Under the pieces are notes generated by a model. That model had not been told where the DNA came from, did no database searches, and saw only the letters and a program-made list of their open reading frames with translations. From an uncultured Anaerolinea sp. (GTDB lineage: Bacteria; Chloroflexota; Anaerolineae; Anaerolineales; UBA4823), in contig CAZHFU010000011.1 in assembly GCA_964531975.1 (NCBI GenBank), forward strand, positions 36,233-100,232: DNA of 64,000 nt. Reading direction: 5' to 3'. Within the stretch, counting starts at the first letter, position 1. Every line of letters begins with the position of its first letter. Made by a program: the position numbers and the translations under genes. Positions 42,344 through 52,895 of this stretch are shown here, piece by piece.

Positions 42344-42577
42344 TTAGAGAGTTGATTGGTCGATTGGCCGGGTCTGGGCGCCGGCGCTTTCTAACCAGCG
42401 TAGAGCATTCTGCGTGTGATTGATAACGTTCAACATACAGAAGTTTATGTCGTCTCTAGTCAGCAGGTCTCCTTTCTGGGCCAGGATGACGGCCCATCGT
42501 AAGGCGGCGGCGCTCTCTTCGGCGGCCTTGTCGCGCGCCTTGCGTTGATCGTTAGGCCATTCTCTTGGTACTGTCAT
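42344..42577 (-). CDS. hypothetical protein
   Basis: ATG 42577 preceded by GGAGA. 77 aa. Confidence 0.4.
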   Translation of the reverse strand: MTVPREWPNDQRKARDKAAEESAAALRWAVILAQKGDLLTRDDINFCMLNVINHTQNALRWLESAGAQTRPIDQSTL

Positions 42578-42881
42578 TGCCGGTCTCCATTGCCCTGTTG
42601 ATGAGCTTTCGGCCAGACAGGCGACGGTGCATATAGTCGGCAATGTCGCCTGCAATCATGGGCGAACCGGAATACACAAAGGCGGTGAAAACTTGTATGG
42701 TGGTTATGTGGCCGGTGATGGTTTCGTAGGTGTAGCATCCGTACAGCGTGACCCCTACGCCCAAAACAACCAGAAGCGCCGTGTAGGGTTCTGTTAGCCC
42801 GTGCTTTGACAGCCAGTACACGATTACAGCGTACAGGATACCGAACACGAGCAGGCGATAATAGATGATCTCGATATTCAT
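42552..42881 (-). CDS. small membrane protein (3 TM)
   Basis: 109 aa. First leftward gene next to the integrase intergenic region. Confidence 0.5.
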   Translation of the reverse strand: MNIEIIYYRLLVFGILYAVIVYWLSKHGLTEPYTALLVVLGVGVTLYGCYTYETITGHITTIQVFTAFVYSGSPMIAGDIADYMHRRLSGRKLINRAMETGNDSTKRMA

Positions 42882-43092
42882 ATTTTCCCGAATTGGCCCG
42901 GAAAGCCTCCCGATTGAAAACTACTGACTTGATATGTTATGCTTATACCGGCTTGGGACAACGGGCGTCGGGCTGGGAACCCCGGCGCTCGTTGCGTTAA
43001 GTCAGTATTTTGAGATGACCTGACCATCTCCCGGTTACAATGCAGGCTAGGCAGAGCCTGTATCTTACATCGCACACGTCAGGAGTATCTAA

Positions 43093-44028
43093 ATGCTTAC
43101 GCAGTCGAATAACACTACTGTACGCGCGCTGGCGGAGACGCTGGCGCAGCTTCGAGAGGCCGCGCTATCCAACCTGGTAGAGACATTTGTCAAGATCGAA
43201 CTGGCTGACAAATCTACCGGCACCCGCAAATGGTACGAGAACCACCTGGGGGCGCTGATTGAATGGCTGGGGCAAGAAAGACCCCTATCTGAGATAACAA
43301 CTCCAGAGCTGATGACATGGCGGGCGTGGATCGTCTCGCCAGAGCGCGGCCTGAGCAGGGACACGCAGCATGGCCACATCCGGGCCTGTAGGCGTCTCTT
43401 TGCGTGGGCATCGGCCATGAACGGCCTACCCGATCCGGCTAAACCGTTGAAACAGGTGGCCATTAAGCGCTATGAGTGCCGTGGGGTTAGCGACAGTAAC
43501 TTCGCCGCCATCCTGAGCGCCGCCAGTGGGAATGTCAGGGATTACGCCATCCTGCTGTTTCTGGCGACCACCGGATGCAGACGGGGAGGCGTTGCCGGTC
43601 TGCGCTTTTGCGACCTGGACCTGGAACGGCGTCAGGCGCAGGTGGTTGAGAAGGGGAATATTGCCCGCCAGGTCTTCTTTACGGACATCGCCGCCGATGC
43701 GCTTACCGCCTGGTTGGCGGTGCGCCCGAAGTGCGAAAGCGAGCATGTATTTGTGGGGAAAAAGCACAATGATGACAACTGGCACGCGCTGACCCCGGAC
43801 GGGATCAGCGAGATATTAGACAGGTATAAGACAAAACTGGGATTGAAGGGACCGTGCAGCCCGCACCAGTTCAGGCACAGGCTGGGACGTAAGCTGTCCA
43901 GCCAGGGGATGAATATCGGCGTCGTGGCCCAGGTGATGGGTCATAAAGACCCCAGCGTAACAATTCTCTATTACGGCGGCTTCGACAACCAGGAGCTTCA
44001 GGGCATCTACAACCGCTACATGGGTTAG
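43093..44028 (+). CDS. tyrosine recombinase (phage integrase)
   Basis: TGCRRGG (catalytic Arg), HQFRHRLG (HxxR) and MGHKDPSVTILYY (His...Tyr). Confidence 0.9.
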   Translation: MLTQSNNTTVRALAETLAQLREAALSNLVETFVKIELADKSTGTRKWYENHLGALIEWLGQERPLSEITTPELMTWRAWIVSPERGLSRDTQHGHIRACRRLFAWASAMNGLPDPAKPLKQVAIKRYECRGVSDSNFAAILSAASGNVRDYAILLFLATTGCRRGGVAGLRFCDLDLERRQAQVVEKGNIARQVFFTDIAADALTAWLAVRPKCESEHVFVGKKHNDDNWHALTPDGISEILDRYKTKLGLKGPCSPHQFRHRLGRKLSSQGMNIGVVAQVMGHKDPSVTILYYGGFDNQELQGIYNRYMG

Positions 44029-44038
44029 TGGAAGAAAG

Positions 44039-44079
44039 AACCTTCAACCAATGATCTTTTAAGCCATTGGTTGAAGGTT
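44039..44079. repeat. perfect 15-bp inverted repeat flanking an 11-bp spacer (putative att core)
   Basis: AACCTTCAACCAATG (44039-44053) and CATTGGTTGAAGGTT (44065-44079). The spacer ATCTTTTAAGC contains the tRNA anticodon loop. Confidence 0.7.
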
Positions 44080-44097
44080 CGAGTCCTTCCACGCTCA
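44056..44097 (+). tRNA. 3' fragment of tRNA-Lys(UUU): anticodon loop to discriminator, no 5' half
   Basis: CTTTTAA loop, GCCAT, TGGTT, GAAGG-TTCGAGT-CCTTC T-arm, CACGCTC acceptor strand, then A. No matching GAGCGTG lies upstream. Confidence 0.65.
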
Positions 44098-44110
44098 CAG
44101 CACCACATAT

Positions 44111-44155
44111 GCCGCCGTAGTCCGGATACTCATCCGGACATGGCGGTTTTGCTTT
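44111..44155 (+). terminator. intrinsic terminator downstream of the tRNA fragment
   Basis: GCCGCC..GTCCGGAT-ACTC-ATCCGGAC..GGCGG followed by TTTTGCTTT. Confidence 0.55.
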
Positions 44156-44265
44156 AACCAACCCACGCAGAATTTTAGCGGCTTTTGGTAGTTCGCTAAT
44201 TATCTTCCTGTTACCTGGATCGTCCAATATCCAGACGCGTCCACAATCAAAAAAGTTATTCCACT

Positions 44266-45495
44266 CTACACTTGCACAGGCGCGGGGGCGGCGAACTTCT
44301 CTTTCACTTGCAGCATACACACCCCAGCCAGGGCCATAAAAATGGCGGCGAACACGAACATGATGCGGTAATTCCGACCAGTCAGATCGATGAGGAAGCC
44401 CACCACCTGCGGCCCGGCCACGGCGGCGATGTTGGAGGCCAGGTAGTACAGCCCGGTGAAGGCTCCGATGCGCTCGTCGCCGCCTACGTCGTATACCATC
44501 GGCAGCGAGTTGACGTTAATCAGCGCCCAGAAGAAGCCGGCCGGAATGAGAAACGAGATCAACATCCAGCGGTTGGCGATGGTGAGGCCGAAGGCGAACA
44601 GCACGGTTAGCCCGGCAATGCCCACCAGGATCACGCGTCGCCGCCCAAAGCGGGTGGCGATTAGCCCCGAGGGCAGGGCGAAGATCACGAACATCAGCGC
44701 CAGGCCGGAGGTGTAGATCGCCATATCCGCCACCGGGATGCCCAGGCTGAACTGACCGAAGGACGAAATCCACGTCTCTAATGCGTTAAACCCAATGAAC
44801 CAGAACAAAATCGCCAGCAAGATGAACAGGCCCGAACGGTCGGAAGAGCCAATCACCTCGCGCAGGTTGGCGAGCACCCCGCCGCTTTCGGGGGTAGCTT
44901 CGGCTTCCACGGTTTCGGAGTTGGGCTGCTTGAGAAATAAGATCACCATGGTGACGCCCACCAACATGACCACGCTGCCGAAGATGAACGGGGTGATGCG
45001 GCCTATTTTATAGAGGATGCCGCCCACTAAAAAGGCCAAGATGGAGCCGATGCCGCCCATCAGGTTGATGATGCCATTGGCGGTGCTGCGCTGCTGTGAA
45101 GGGAACAGGTCGCCCAGCAAGGCGATGGTGGGCGAGCGAAACAGCGCCATGCTCAGGTTGGTGAGCAGCACGGCAAACATCACCCCCACCCAACTGGTCA
45201 TGGTGGGAATGAGGATGAAGAAGATCGCCGCCAGGGGTGCGCCGATGAGCATCCAGGGTTTGCGCCGGCCCAGCCGGGTGCGTGTGCGGTCTGAGGCGGC
45301 CCCTACCAGCGGCTGCACGAACATATTCAAATAATTATCCCAAGTCATCACAAAGCCGGTGAGGGTGGCGGAAAGTTTGAAGGTATCTTGAAGGAAGATA
45401 GGCACGTAGGTGTTGAAAATGGGCCAGATGAGGCTGATGCCGAAGAAGCCGAAACCGATCAGGAAGGTGCGGGCGTATGGGAAGGGGCGCTTCAT
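44266..45495 (-). CDS. MFS transporter
   Basis: 409 aa with about 12 TM helices. AAGGAGA RBS. Confidence 0.85.
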   Translation of the reverse strand: MKRPFPYARTFLIGFGFFGISLIWPIFNTYVPIFLQDTFKLSATLTGFVMTWDNYLNMFVQPLVGAASDRTRTRLGRRKPWMLIGAPLAAIFFILIPTMTSWVGVMFAVLLTNLSMALFRSPTIALLGDLFPSQQRSTANGIINLMGGIGSILAFLVGGILYKIGRITPFIFGSVVMLVGVTMVILFLKQPNSETVEAEATPESGGVLANLREVIGSSDRSGLFILLAILFWFIGFNALETWISSFGQFSLGIPVADMAIYTSGLALMFVIFALPSGLIATRFGRRRVILVGIAGLTVLFAFGLTIANRWMLISFLIPAGFFWALINVNSLPMVYDVGGDERIGAFTGLYYLASNIAAVAGPQVVGFLIDLTGRNYRIMFVFAAIFMALAGVCMLQVKEKFAAPAPVQV

Positions 45496-45539
45496 GGGTT
45501 GGGTCTCCTTGCTAACTTCTTTTGATGTTTTTTTGCATG

Positions 45540-46334
45540 TTATGGGTTTAGATTATCCGGTGCGTCGCCGAGTTCAAAACGTGTTAGCAGCTTGCGGTCG
45601 GCTTCGGAGAGCGAGGCCGAGGCCAGCATATCGGGTCGGCGCTGCCAGGTGCGGTAGAGGGCCTGCATGCGCCGCCAGCGAGCGATGCGCCCGTGATTGC
45701 CAGAGAGCAGCACGTCGGGCGCTTTGTAGCCGCGAAATTCGGATGGGCGGGTGTAGTGGGGGTATTCGAGCAAGCCGGAGGCGTGCGAATCATCCAGGGC
45801 GCCATCGGGATCGCCCAACACACCGGGGATCCAGCGGCTGGCGGCGTCGATGACGATCAGGGCGGCCAGCTCGCCGCCGGTGATGACGTAATCGCCGATG
45901 GAGATTTCATCAGTAGCCAGGTGTTGGCGCACGCGTTCGTCCACGCCTTCGTAGCGCCCGCACAGCAAACCGATGCGGCGGGTGGTGCGGGGCGGCGCGG
46001 TTTCGCCCAGGGCCAGGTCGCGGGCGATCTGTTGATTGAACAGGCGGCCTTGGGGGGTGAGCAAGATCAGCGGGCAGCACGGCGGAGCGCCCAGCACCTC
46101 TTCCACGGCGGCGAAGATCGGTTCGGGCTTCATCACCATGCCGCCGCCGCCGCCATAGGGCATATCATCGGTAATATGGTGCTTATCGGTGGCCCAATCG
46201 CGAATGTTGTGCACATTCACCTGCACCAGCCCATGTTGGCGGGCGCGCTGTAACATGCTGGCGGCCAGGTACGGCTCAAACACATCCGGCAGCAGGGTAA
46301 AGATTTCAAATTGTAGGGCAGGGGCGCTGGGCAT
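45540..46334 (-). CDS. trmD: tRNA (guanine37-N1)-methyltransferase
   Basis: [32 protein letters not shown] and [21 protein letters not shown] are TrmD hallmarks. Confidence 0.95.
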   Translation of the reverse strand: MPSAPALQFEIFTLLPDVFEPYLAASMLQRARQHGLVQVNVHNIRDWATDKHHITDDMPYGGGGGMVMKPEPIFAAVEEVLGAPPCCPLILLTPQGRLFNQQIARDLALGETAPPRTTRRIGLLCGRYEGVDERVRQHLATDEISIGDYVITGGELAALIVIDAASRWIPGVLGDPDGALDDSHASGLLEYPHYTRPSEFRGYKAPDVLLSGNHGRIARWRRMQALYRTWQRRPDMLASASLSEADRKLLTRFELGDAPDNLNP

Positions 46335-46389
46335 AGCTTCATTCTACCAAATACTAACGAAGCTGTAACCTGAACTTAACCTGGAATTC

Positions 46390-46419
46390 TTGACGGAGTT
46401 TTTAACATAGTGGTAACAT
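46390..46419 (+). promoter_or_regulatory. putative promoter giving a leaderless transcript
   Basis: TTGACG, 18 nt spacer, TAACAT. ATG 46426 lies 6 nt after the -10 element and there is no SD. Confidence 0.35.
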
Positions 46420-46425
46420 GTTAAC

Positions 46426-47676
46426 ATGTATCTTCGCGGAAATAAATGGACGATGAAGCGGCGCACCCGAAAACCGCGCCTGGGCATTACCAGCCTTTTG
46501 GTCGTGTCAATTGCCGCCATGGTTTACCTGGGTCTGGCGGTCGTCCCCACTGTGCCGCCCCCGTTTGTTCCCACGCCCACGCAAACCCGCAGCCCTGAAT
46601 CGTTTACCAACCAGGCGGAGGAATATTATAAGCAGGGTAAATTGAAGCCCGCCATGGAAGCCTATGAGCAAGCCATTTTGGCCGACCCCGGCAACCCGGC
46701 CAATTTTGTGGCCCTGGCGCGCTTGCAGGTGTTCTCCGCCAGATATGATGAGGCGGTTGAGAACGCCCAGAACGCCTTGCTGAGCAACCCCAATAACCCG
46801 GTGGCCCACGCCGTTTTGGGCTGGGCGTTGGGGTTGAAGGGGGATTATGGGCAGGCTGAATTAGAGCTTAAAAAGGCTATTGAGCTAGACCCCAACAACG
46901 CCCTGGCGCATGCCTACTACGCCGAGATTTTGATGTACCAGGATACCGGCGACTATGATAAGGCGGCTGAAGAATCTAAGAAAGCGGTGCAATTAGACCC
47001 CACCGGCCTGGAATCGCACCGGGCGCGGGGGATTGTGTTGTATTACACCCAAAATCTACCCGAGGCGGTGCAAGAATTTCAGGCGGCGTTAGGGGTTAAT
47101 AAATTCATCCCCGATCTTAACCTCTACCTGGGCATTACTTATAAGGCGCTTAACGAATATGGCCTTGCTCAAGAAGCGCTGCTGCAAGCCTATGCGTTGA
47201 ACCCCACCGATACCGTGGCGTTAACCGAGCTATCGCGAGCCTATTTCGCCGATGGCCGCTACCCCCAGGCGGCGCAGTACGCCGAAGAAGCTATTAAGGT
47301 GGAGCCGGAAAATGCGCGCTTATACGGCAACCTGGGCACGATTAACTACAAAGCCGGCGATTATGCCGCCGCGGTGGCGGCGTTGGCGCTGCCGGTGCGC
47401 GGCGGAACCACCAAAGACGGCGTGACGGTGGAGGGAATTCCGCTCGATTACGGCAAGATCGAGGAGTATTACTGGTATTATGGCTTTGCGCTGGCGCGCA
47501 GCAACCGCTGCAGCGAGGCGATTCCGGTATTCCAGGCCCTGTTAGCGGGTGTGCCGAACGATGAAATTGCGGTGTATAACGCCACCGAGGGGCTGGCGCT
47601 GTGCAAGGGCGCCACATCCGGCCTGGCGGCCCCCACGGCTGCCCCCGAGGCAACGCCGGAAAGCGCCGCCCCATAG
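46426..47676 (+). CDS. TPR repeat protein with an N-terminal membrane anchor
   Basis: TM helix ITSLLVVSIAAMVYLGLAVV, then multiple 34-aa TPR-like units. Confidence 0.75.
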   Translation: MYLRGNKWTMKRRTRKPRLGITSLLVVSIAAMVYLGLAVVPTVPPPFVPTPTQTRSPESFTNQAEEYYKQGKLKPAMEAYEQAILADPGNPANFVALARLQVFSARYDEAVENAQNALLSNPNNPVAHAVLGWALGLKGDYGQAELELKKAIELDPNNALAHAYYAEILMYQDTGDYDKAAEESKKAVQLDPTGLESHRARGIVLYYTQNLPEAVQEFQAALGVNKFIPDLNLYLGITYKALNEYGLAQEALLQAYALNPTDTVALTELSRAYFADGRYPQAAQYAEEAIKVEPENARLYGNLGTINYKAGDYAAAVAALALPVRGGTTKDGVTVEGIPLDYGKIEEYYWYYGFALARSNRCSEAIPVFQALLAGVPNDEIAVYNATEGLALCKGATSGLAAPTAAPEATPESAAP

Positions 47677-47684
47677 GTCTGCCG

Positions 47685-49145
47685 ATGCGACAATCTGCTT
47701 TCTCAGAAGAAAAAATGCGCGGCAAAGAACCGCGCTTTAATACCAGACGTCGGCAAAGCGGTTTCTATAGCATTATGCTGCTCTCGGCCATGGTGTTGGC
47801 GGCCTTCTGGGGGATGAAACAGGTGCGCGCCGGAAAGGTGCGTCCGCTGTTCGAGCCGACCCCCACGCCCACCCGTCTTTCTGTTTCCTATTTCAAGGAA
47901 GCGCAGGCTTACTTCGAGGCTGGCAAGTTGGATGTACCCAACATTCCCAGCCCCACGCCCGGCACACCGCCGCCCGAGGTCACGGTGACACCGTTCCCGC
48001 CTGGGCCACAGATCAACGACGCCATCGATGCTTACCAGGCGGCGCTGGTGGGCGACCCCAACAACGCCGATGCGTGGGGCCAGTTGGCTCGCATCCAGGC
48101 CTATTCATCGAATATGCTGCGCAACGACACCGAGCGCCTCACCCGCCTGGAAGACGCCCGCCGATCCGCTGATAGGGCCGTGGAATTATCCCCCGATGAT
48201 AGCAACATCCGCGCCATCCGCGCCTTTGTGCTCGACTGGTACGCTTTCAGCCCGCTGGTGAAAGCCGATGAGCGCGAGGATCTGTTGGTCGAAGCCGAAC
48301 GGGAGGCGTCGCGCGCCTATCAGCTCGACCCCGAAAACGCCCTGGCCCTGGCCTATTATGCTGAAATTCTGACCGATCAATCAAAGTGGTCGCAGGCCGA
48401 AAAGTACGCCGCCCAGGCGGTGGCGCAGAACCCCGATTCGATGGATACGCATCGCGTTTATGGCTATGTGTTGGAAACCTTGGGCCAGTATAACAGCGCC
48501 ATCCAGCAGTACCAGGAAGCTACGCGCATCAACCCGAACATGACCTTTCTGTACGTGCGCATTGGGCAAAACTACCGTGAGGGTATTCGTAACCCCGACC
48601 TGGCGCTCGATTATTTTGACCGGGCGGCGAAAATTAACCAGGCGTTGGGTGTGCCCAACCCGCAGCCGTATATCGAAATTGCGCGCACTTACACTCAGAT
48701 CGGCCAGTTCTTCGCCGCCTCGATCAATGCTGAGAAGGGGCTGAAACTCGACCCCACTAACGCCCATACTTATGGGCAGTTGGGAATTATTTTTCGGCGG
48801 GCGCGTAACTATGAAGGCGCTATGGCTTTGTTGAAGTGCGCGGTAGAAGGCTGCACCGCCGCCGAGAACGAAATGGGGGTTTCTGATGTGATCGGCTTGC
48901 CGCTCACCAATATTACGGTGGCGTATTATTACGTCGAATACGGAACCAACCTGGCCTTCCTAAGCCGCACAACCGAAAACTTCTGCCCGCAAGCCAAAAC
49001 CGTGTTGGAACAGGTACGCGCCGCCTATCCGGACGATCCCACGCTGATGAGCATTGTTGAGGATAGCGAAGGCATTTGCCGCCGGCTGGAAAGCGGCCAG
49101 GCGCCTGCGCCCACCATTACGCCCGCTCCCACGCTGGGGCCATAG
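47685..49145 (+). CDS. TPR repeat protein with an N-terminal membrane anchor (start 47685 or 47715)
   Basis: TM helix FYSIMLLSAMVLAAFWG, then TPR-like repeats. The track start at 47601 overlaps the previous gene. Confidence 0.7.
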   Translation: MRQSAFSEEKMRGKEPRFNTRRRQSGFYSIMLLSAMVLAAFWGMKQVRAGKVRPLFEPTPTPTRLSVSYFKEAQAYFEAGKLDVPNIPSPTPGTPPPEVTVTPFPPGPQINDAIDAYQAALVGDPNNADAWGQLARIQAYSSNMLRNDTERLTRLEDARRSADRAVELSPDDSNIRAIRAFVLDWYAFSPLVKADEREDLLVEAEREASRAYQLDPENALALAYYAEILTDQSKWSQAEKYAAQAVAQNPDSMDTHRVYGYVLETLGQYNSAIQQYQEATRINPNMTFLYVRIGQNYREGIRNPDLALDYFDRAAKINQALGVPNPQPYIEIARTYTQIGQFFAASINAEKGLKLDPTNAHTYGQLGIIFRRARNYEGAMALLKCAVEGCTAAENEMGVSDVIGLPLTNITVAYYYVEYGTNLAFLSRTTENFCPQAKTVLEQVRAAYPDDPTLMSIVEDSEGICRRLESGQAPAPTITPAPTLGP

Positions 49146-49211
49146 ATGGCGCCGCCAACCCAATGATATAAACGTTTTATAAGAATTGGGTATAAACGTC
49201 CTTTTCTCCTC

Positions 49212-49240
49212 TTGACTTCCGTTCAAAAAGTGAGTATTAT
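49212..49240 (+). promoter_or_regulatory. groESL promoter
   Basis: TTGACT, 17 nt spacer, TATTAT. Confidence 0.6.
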
Positions 49241-49250
49241 TCGATGAGGT

Positions 49251-49277
49251 TTAGCACTCTTGCTATACGAGTGCTAA
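49251..49277 (+). promoter_or_regulatory. CIRCE element (HrcA operator)
   Basis: TTAGCACTC-N9-GAGTGCTAA, a perfect match to the CIRCE consensus. Confidence 0.9.
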
Positions 49278-49326
49278 ACTGTGTAACCGGTCGGAATTAA
49301 TACCTATCTTGTAATGGAGGTTATCT

Positions 49327-49620
49327 ATGCTTAAACTTAAACCCCTTGGAAACCGCGTGGTAATTGAACCGCTAGAAGCGGAAGAAGTGACCCCAGGCGG
49401 CATTGTTCTCCCCGAAACTGCTAAAGAAAAACCCCAGAAGGGCAAAGTCCTTTCGGCCGGCCCTGGCGAGCGCGACGAAGACGGCGATCACATCCCGATG
49501 GATGTCAAAGCGGGCGACACCGTTTTATTTGCCAAGTACGCCGGCACGGAAATTAAGGTCGAAGGCAAGAAGCTGCTCATCCTGCGTGAGAGCGATCTGC
49601 TGGCGATTGTTGAAGAGTAA
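49327..49620 (+). CDS. groES: co-chaperonin GroES
   Basis: [15 protein letters not shown]...[18 protein letters not shown]... Confidence 0.97.
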   Translation: MLKLKPLGNRVVIEPLEAEEVTPGGIVLPETAKEKPQKGKVLSAGPGERDEDGDHIPMDVKAGDTVLFAKYAGTEIKVEGKKLLILRESDLLAIVEE

Positions 49621-49646
49621 TTTTTTTTATCATTGAAGGAGTTTAA

Positions 49647-51281
<1,635 letters not shown>

Positions 51282-51299
51282 GATTTACCGCTCTTCCAA

Positions 51300-51328
51300 A
51301 GCCGCCCGATTTTCGGGCGGCTTTTTTT
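51300..51328 (+). terminator. intrinsic terminator after groEL
   Basis: GCCGCCCG-ATTTT-CGGGCGGC followed by T8. Confidence 0.85.
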
Positions 51329-51341
51329 TGTTTTGGGTAGG

Positions 51342-52760
51342 ATGAGCAAGATGAAACATCCAGTTGGATCAAAAACTGGACTGGGCGAGGCAGGGTTCTT
51401 TGTTATGATAGGCGTAATGAGAACGCGCTGGTGGTTTTTCCTCGCTGCACTGGCATGGATGGCGTTACTTCAAGCCTGGGGGCGCAGCAATGCTTACCAG
51501 GGTATGTATTTTCAACCCTGGTCTTCAGAAGATATGATGCAAGCTGTGCCATTAAGCGCATTGCGTATTCAACCATTGCAATCGCTGCTGAGTATTCATA
51601 TCCAGCCGCCATTGTTTGATGTTATCCGCACGTTGGCAGTCCAGCTTCACCCGGGTGGCTCTGACGCTCAGGCTCTACGTTTTGTAGATGGCTGCATCTA
51701 TGCGCTGTGGGCGGTGGCCTATGCTTTAATGGGAACGCTTATCTTTCACTGGCTAGCGCAGTTGTTAGGTCATCAAGGCGCGGCTGCCGCCGCTGCTGCA
51801 ATTTTTCTACTTCATCCGGCGGCAATTTTTTACGCCACCTTTTTGGAAACCACTTTTCTCACCAGCCTGGGAGTGCTTTGGTTAAGTTATAGCTTGTGGC
51901 AGGCTGGCCGGAACGGGCGTAATATGGGGGTTACCCTTGCTTACCTGTTCTTATTCAGCATACGTTCCATCTTTCAGTGGCCGGGTTTGCTCATTGTGTT
52001 CATTGCCCAAGTGCTTATTGGGCTGCCGCGCCGCAGAATTGCTATCTTTTTATTAGTCGCAGGAACGATAACATTTGCCTATCAACTCAAACAATATCTT
52101 GTCTTTGGTGAGGCTTCTACGTCTTCATTTGGCGGGTCCAGCTGCTTGCATGCCTTGGGCGGATTCCCAAGCATGGACGCTAGCGCCGCGCCATCCCCAC
52201 CGCTTGGTTTATTCCTACGTGGCATGGATGAAGCCGATTTGCCGCTCGTGCTAACCCTACGTACTAAGCTCACCGGTGTATATAATTTCAACTACTACAA
52301 GAATCTCTCTGTAGAAAGCGGCTACTTGCATGATTGCGTAGTTCAGCTGCGCACCCAACCGTTGAGTCAAACGCTTCTATCTTACGCGCAGAATGCGCTC
52401 ATCTTCTGGTTACCTTCTAGTCGTTATTACACGGCCCATGTTATTGTAGATCGGCTGCCCTGGCGCGGTTTGTATGATTGGCTCTTCTCTCTTGCGCCAT
52501 TTGTTGGGTCAACTCTATTTGCATCGGCGTATTGGATGGCTACCCATGAGGAACAAGACTTGCCAATGGCCTTAGCCATGGCCTTGCCGATATTGTTCAT
52601 CTTTGGCTTTCACATCCTGTTTGAGAAATTTGAAGATTTCCGTTACAAGTTTTTCATTGAACCCATATTGTATATTCTGATCATTAGCCAGGCAGCGGCT
52701 TTTTTGAGAAAATATGGTTTACTAATCTGGAGCCGGTCTGTCCACAAGCGCGCTCTGTGA
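51342..52760 (+). CDS. polytopic membrane protein (possible GT-C type glycosyltransferase); start uncertain
   Basis: About 470 aa with more than 10 TM helices. GC is lower than in neighbouring genes. Confidence 0.5.
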   Translation: MSKMKHPVGSKTGLGEAGFFVMIGVMRTRWWFFLAALAWMALLQAWGRSNAYQGMYFQPWSSEDMMQAVPLSALRIQPLQSLLSIHIQPPLFDVIRTLAVQLHPGGSDAQALRFVDGCIYALWAVAYALMGTLIFHWLAQLLGHQGAAAAAAAIFLLHPAAIFYATFLETTFLTSLGVLWLSYSLWQAGRNGRNMGVTLAYLFLFSIRSIFQWPGLLIVFIAQVLIGLPRRRIAIFLLVAGTITFAYQLKQYLVFGEASTSSFGGSSCLHALGGFPSMDASAAPSPPLGLFLRGMDEADLPLVLTLRTKLTGVYNFNYYKNLSVESGYLHDCVVQLRTQPLSQTLLSYAQNALIFWLPSSRYYTAHVIVDRLPWRGLYDWLFSLAPFVGSTLFASAYWMATHEEQDLPMALAMALPILFIFGFHILFEKFEDFRYKFFIEPILYILIISQAAAFLRKYGLLIWSRSVHKRAL

Positions 52761-52895
52761 TAGAAAGTCGCGGGGCGTTATAAAGACAGAGGAGAAGTTA
52801 ACACATCTTATCGGAAAACTCAAATTATAGCCAGGTGATAGAAGGCGTGCAGATTTGTCCATCCGTTTAAGGCTGATCGGGAACCGGTGCAGCGC

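Larger units (their letters stand above)
1..44097. mobile_element. Prophage (tailed phage, lambda-like gene order); right junction at a tRNA-Lys 3' fragment, left junction outside the window
   Basis: Contiguous lysis, terminase, portal, MuF, protease, capsid, tail, tape-measure and fibre genes on +. Replication, SNF2 and IbrAB genes on -. Integrase 43093-44028 abuts a partial tRNA. Housekeeping genes begin after 44.2 kb. Confidence 0.85.

Noticed and set aside
44021-44100. A complete tRNA gene next to the integrase.
   Set aside because: Only the anticodon loop through the acceptor 3' strand can be folded. The required 5' acceptor strand GAGCGTG and a D-arm are absent upstream, where the integrase coding sequence ends at 44028. 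It is called a fragment instead.
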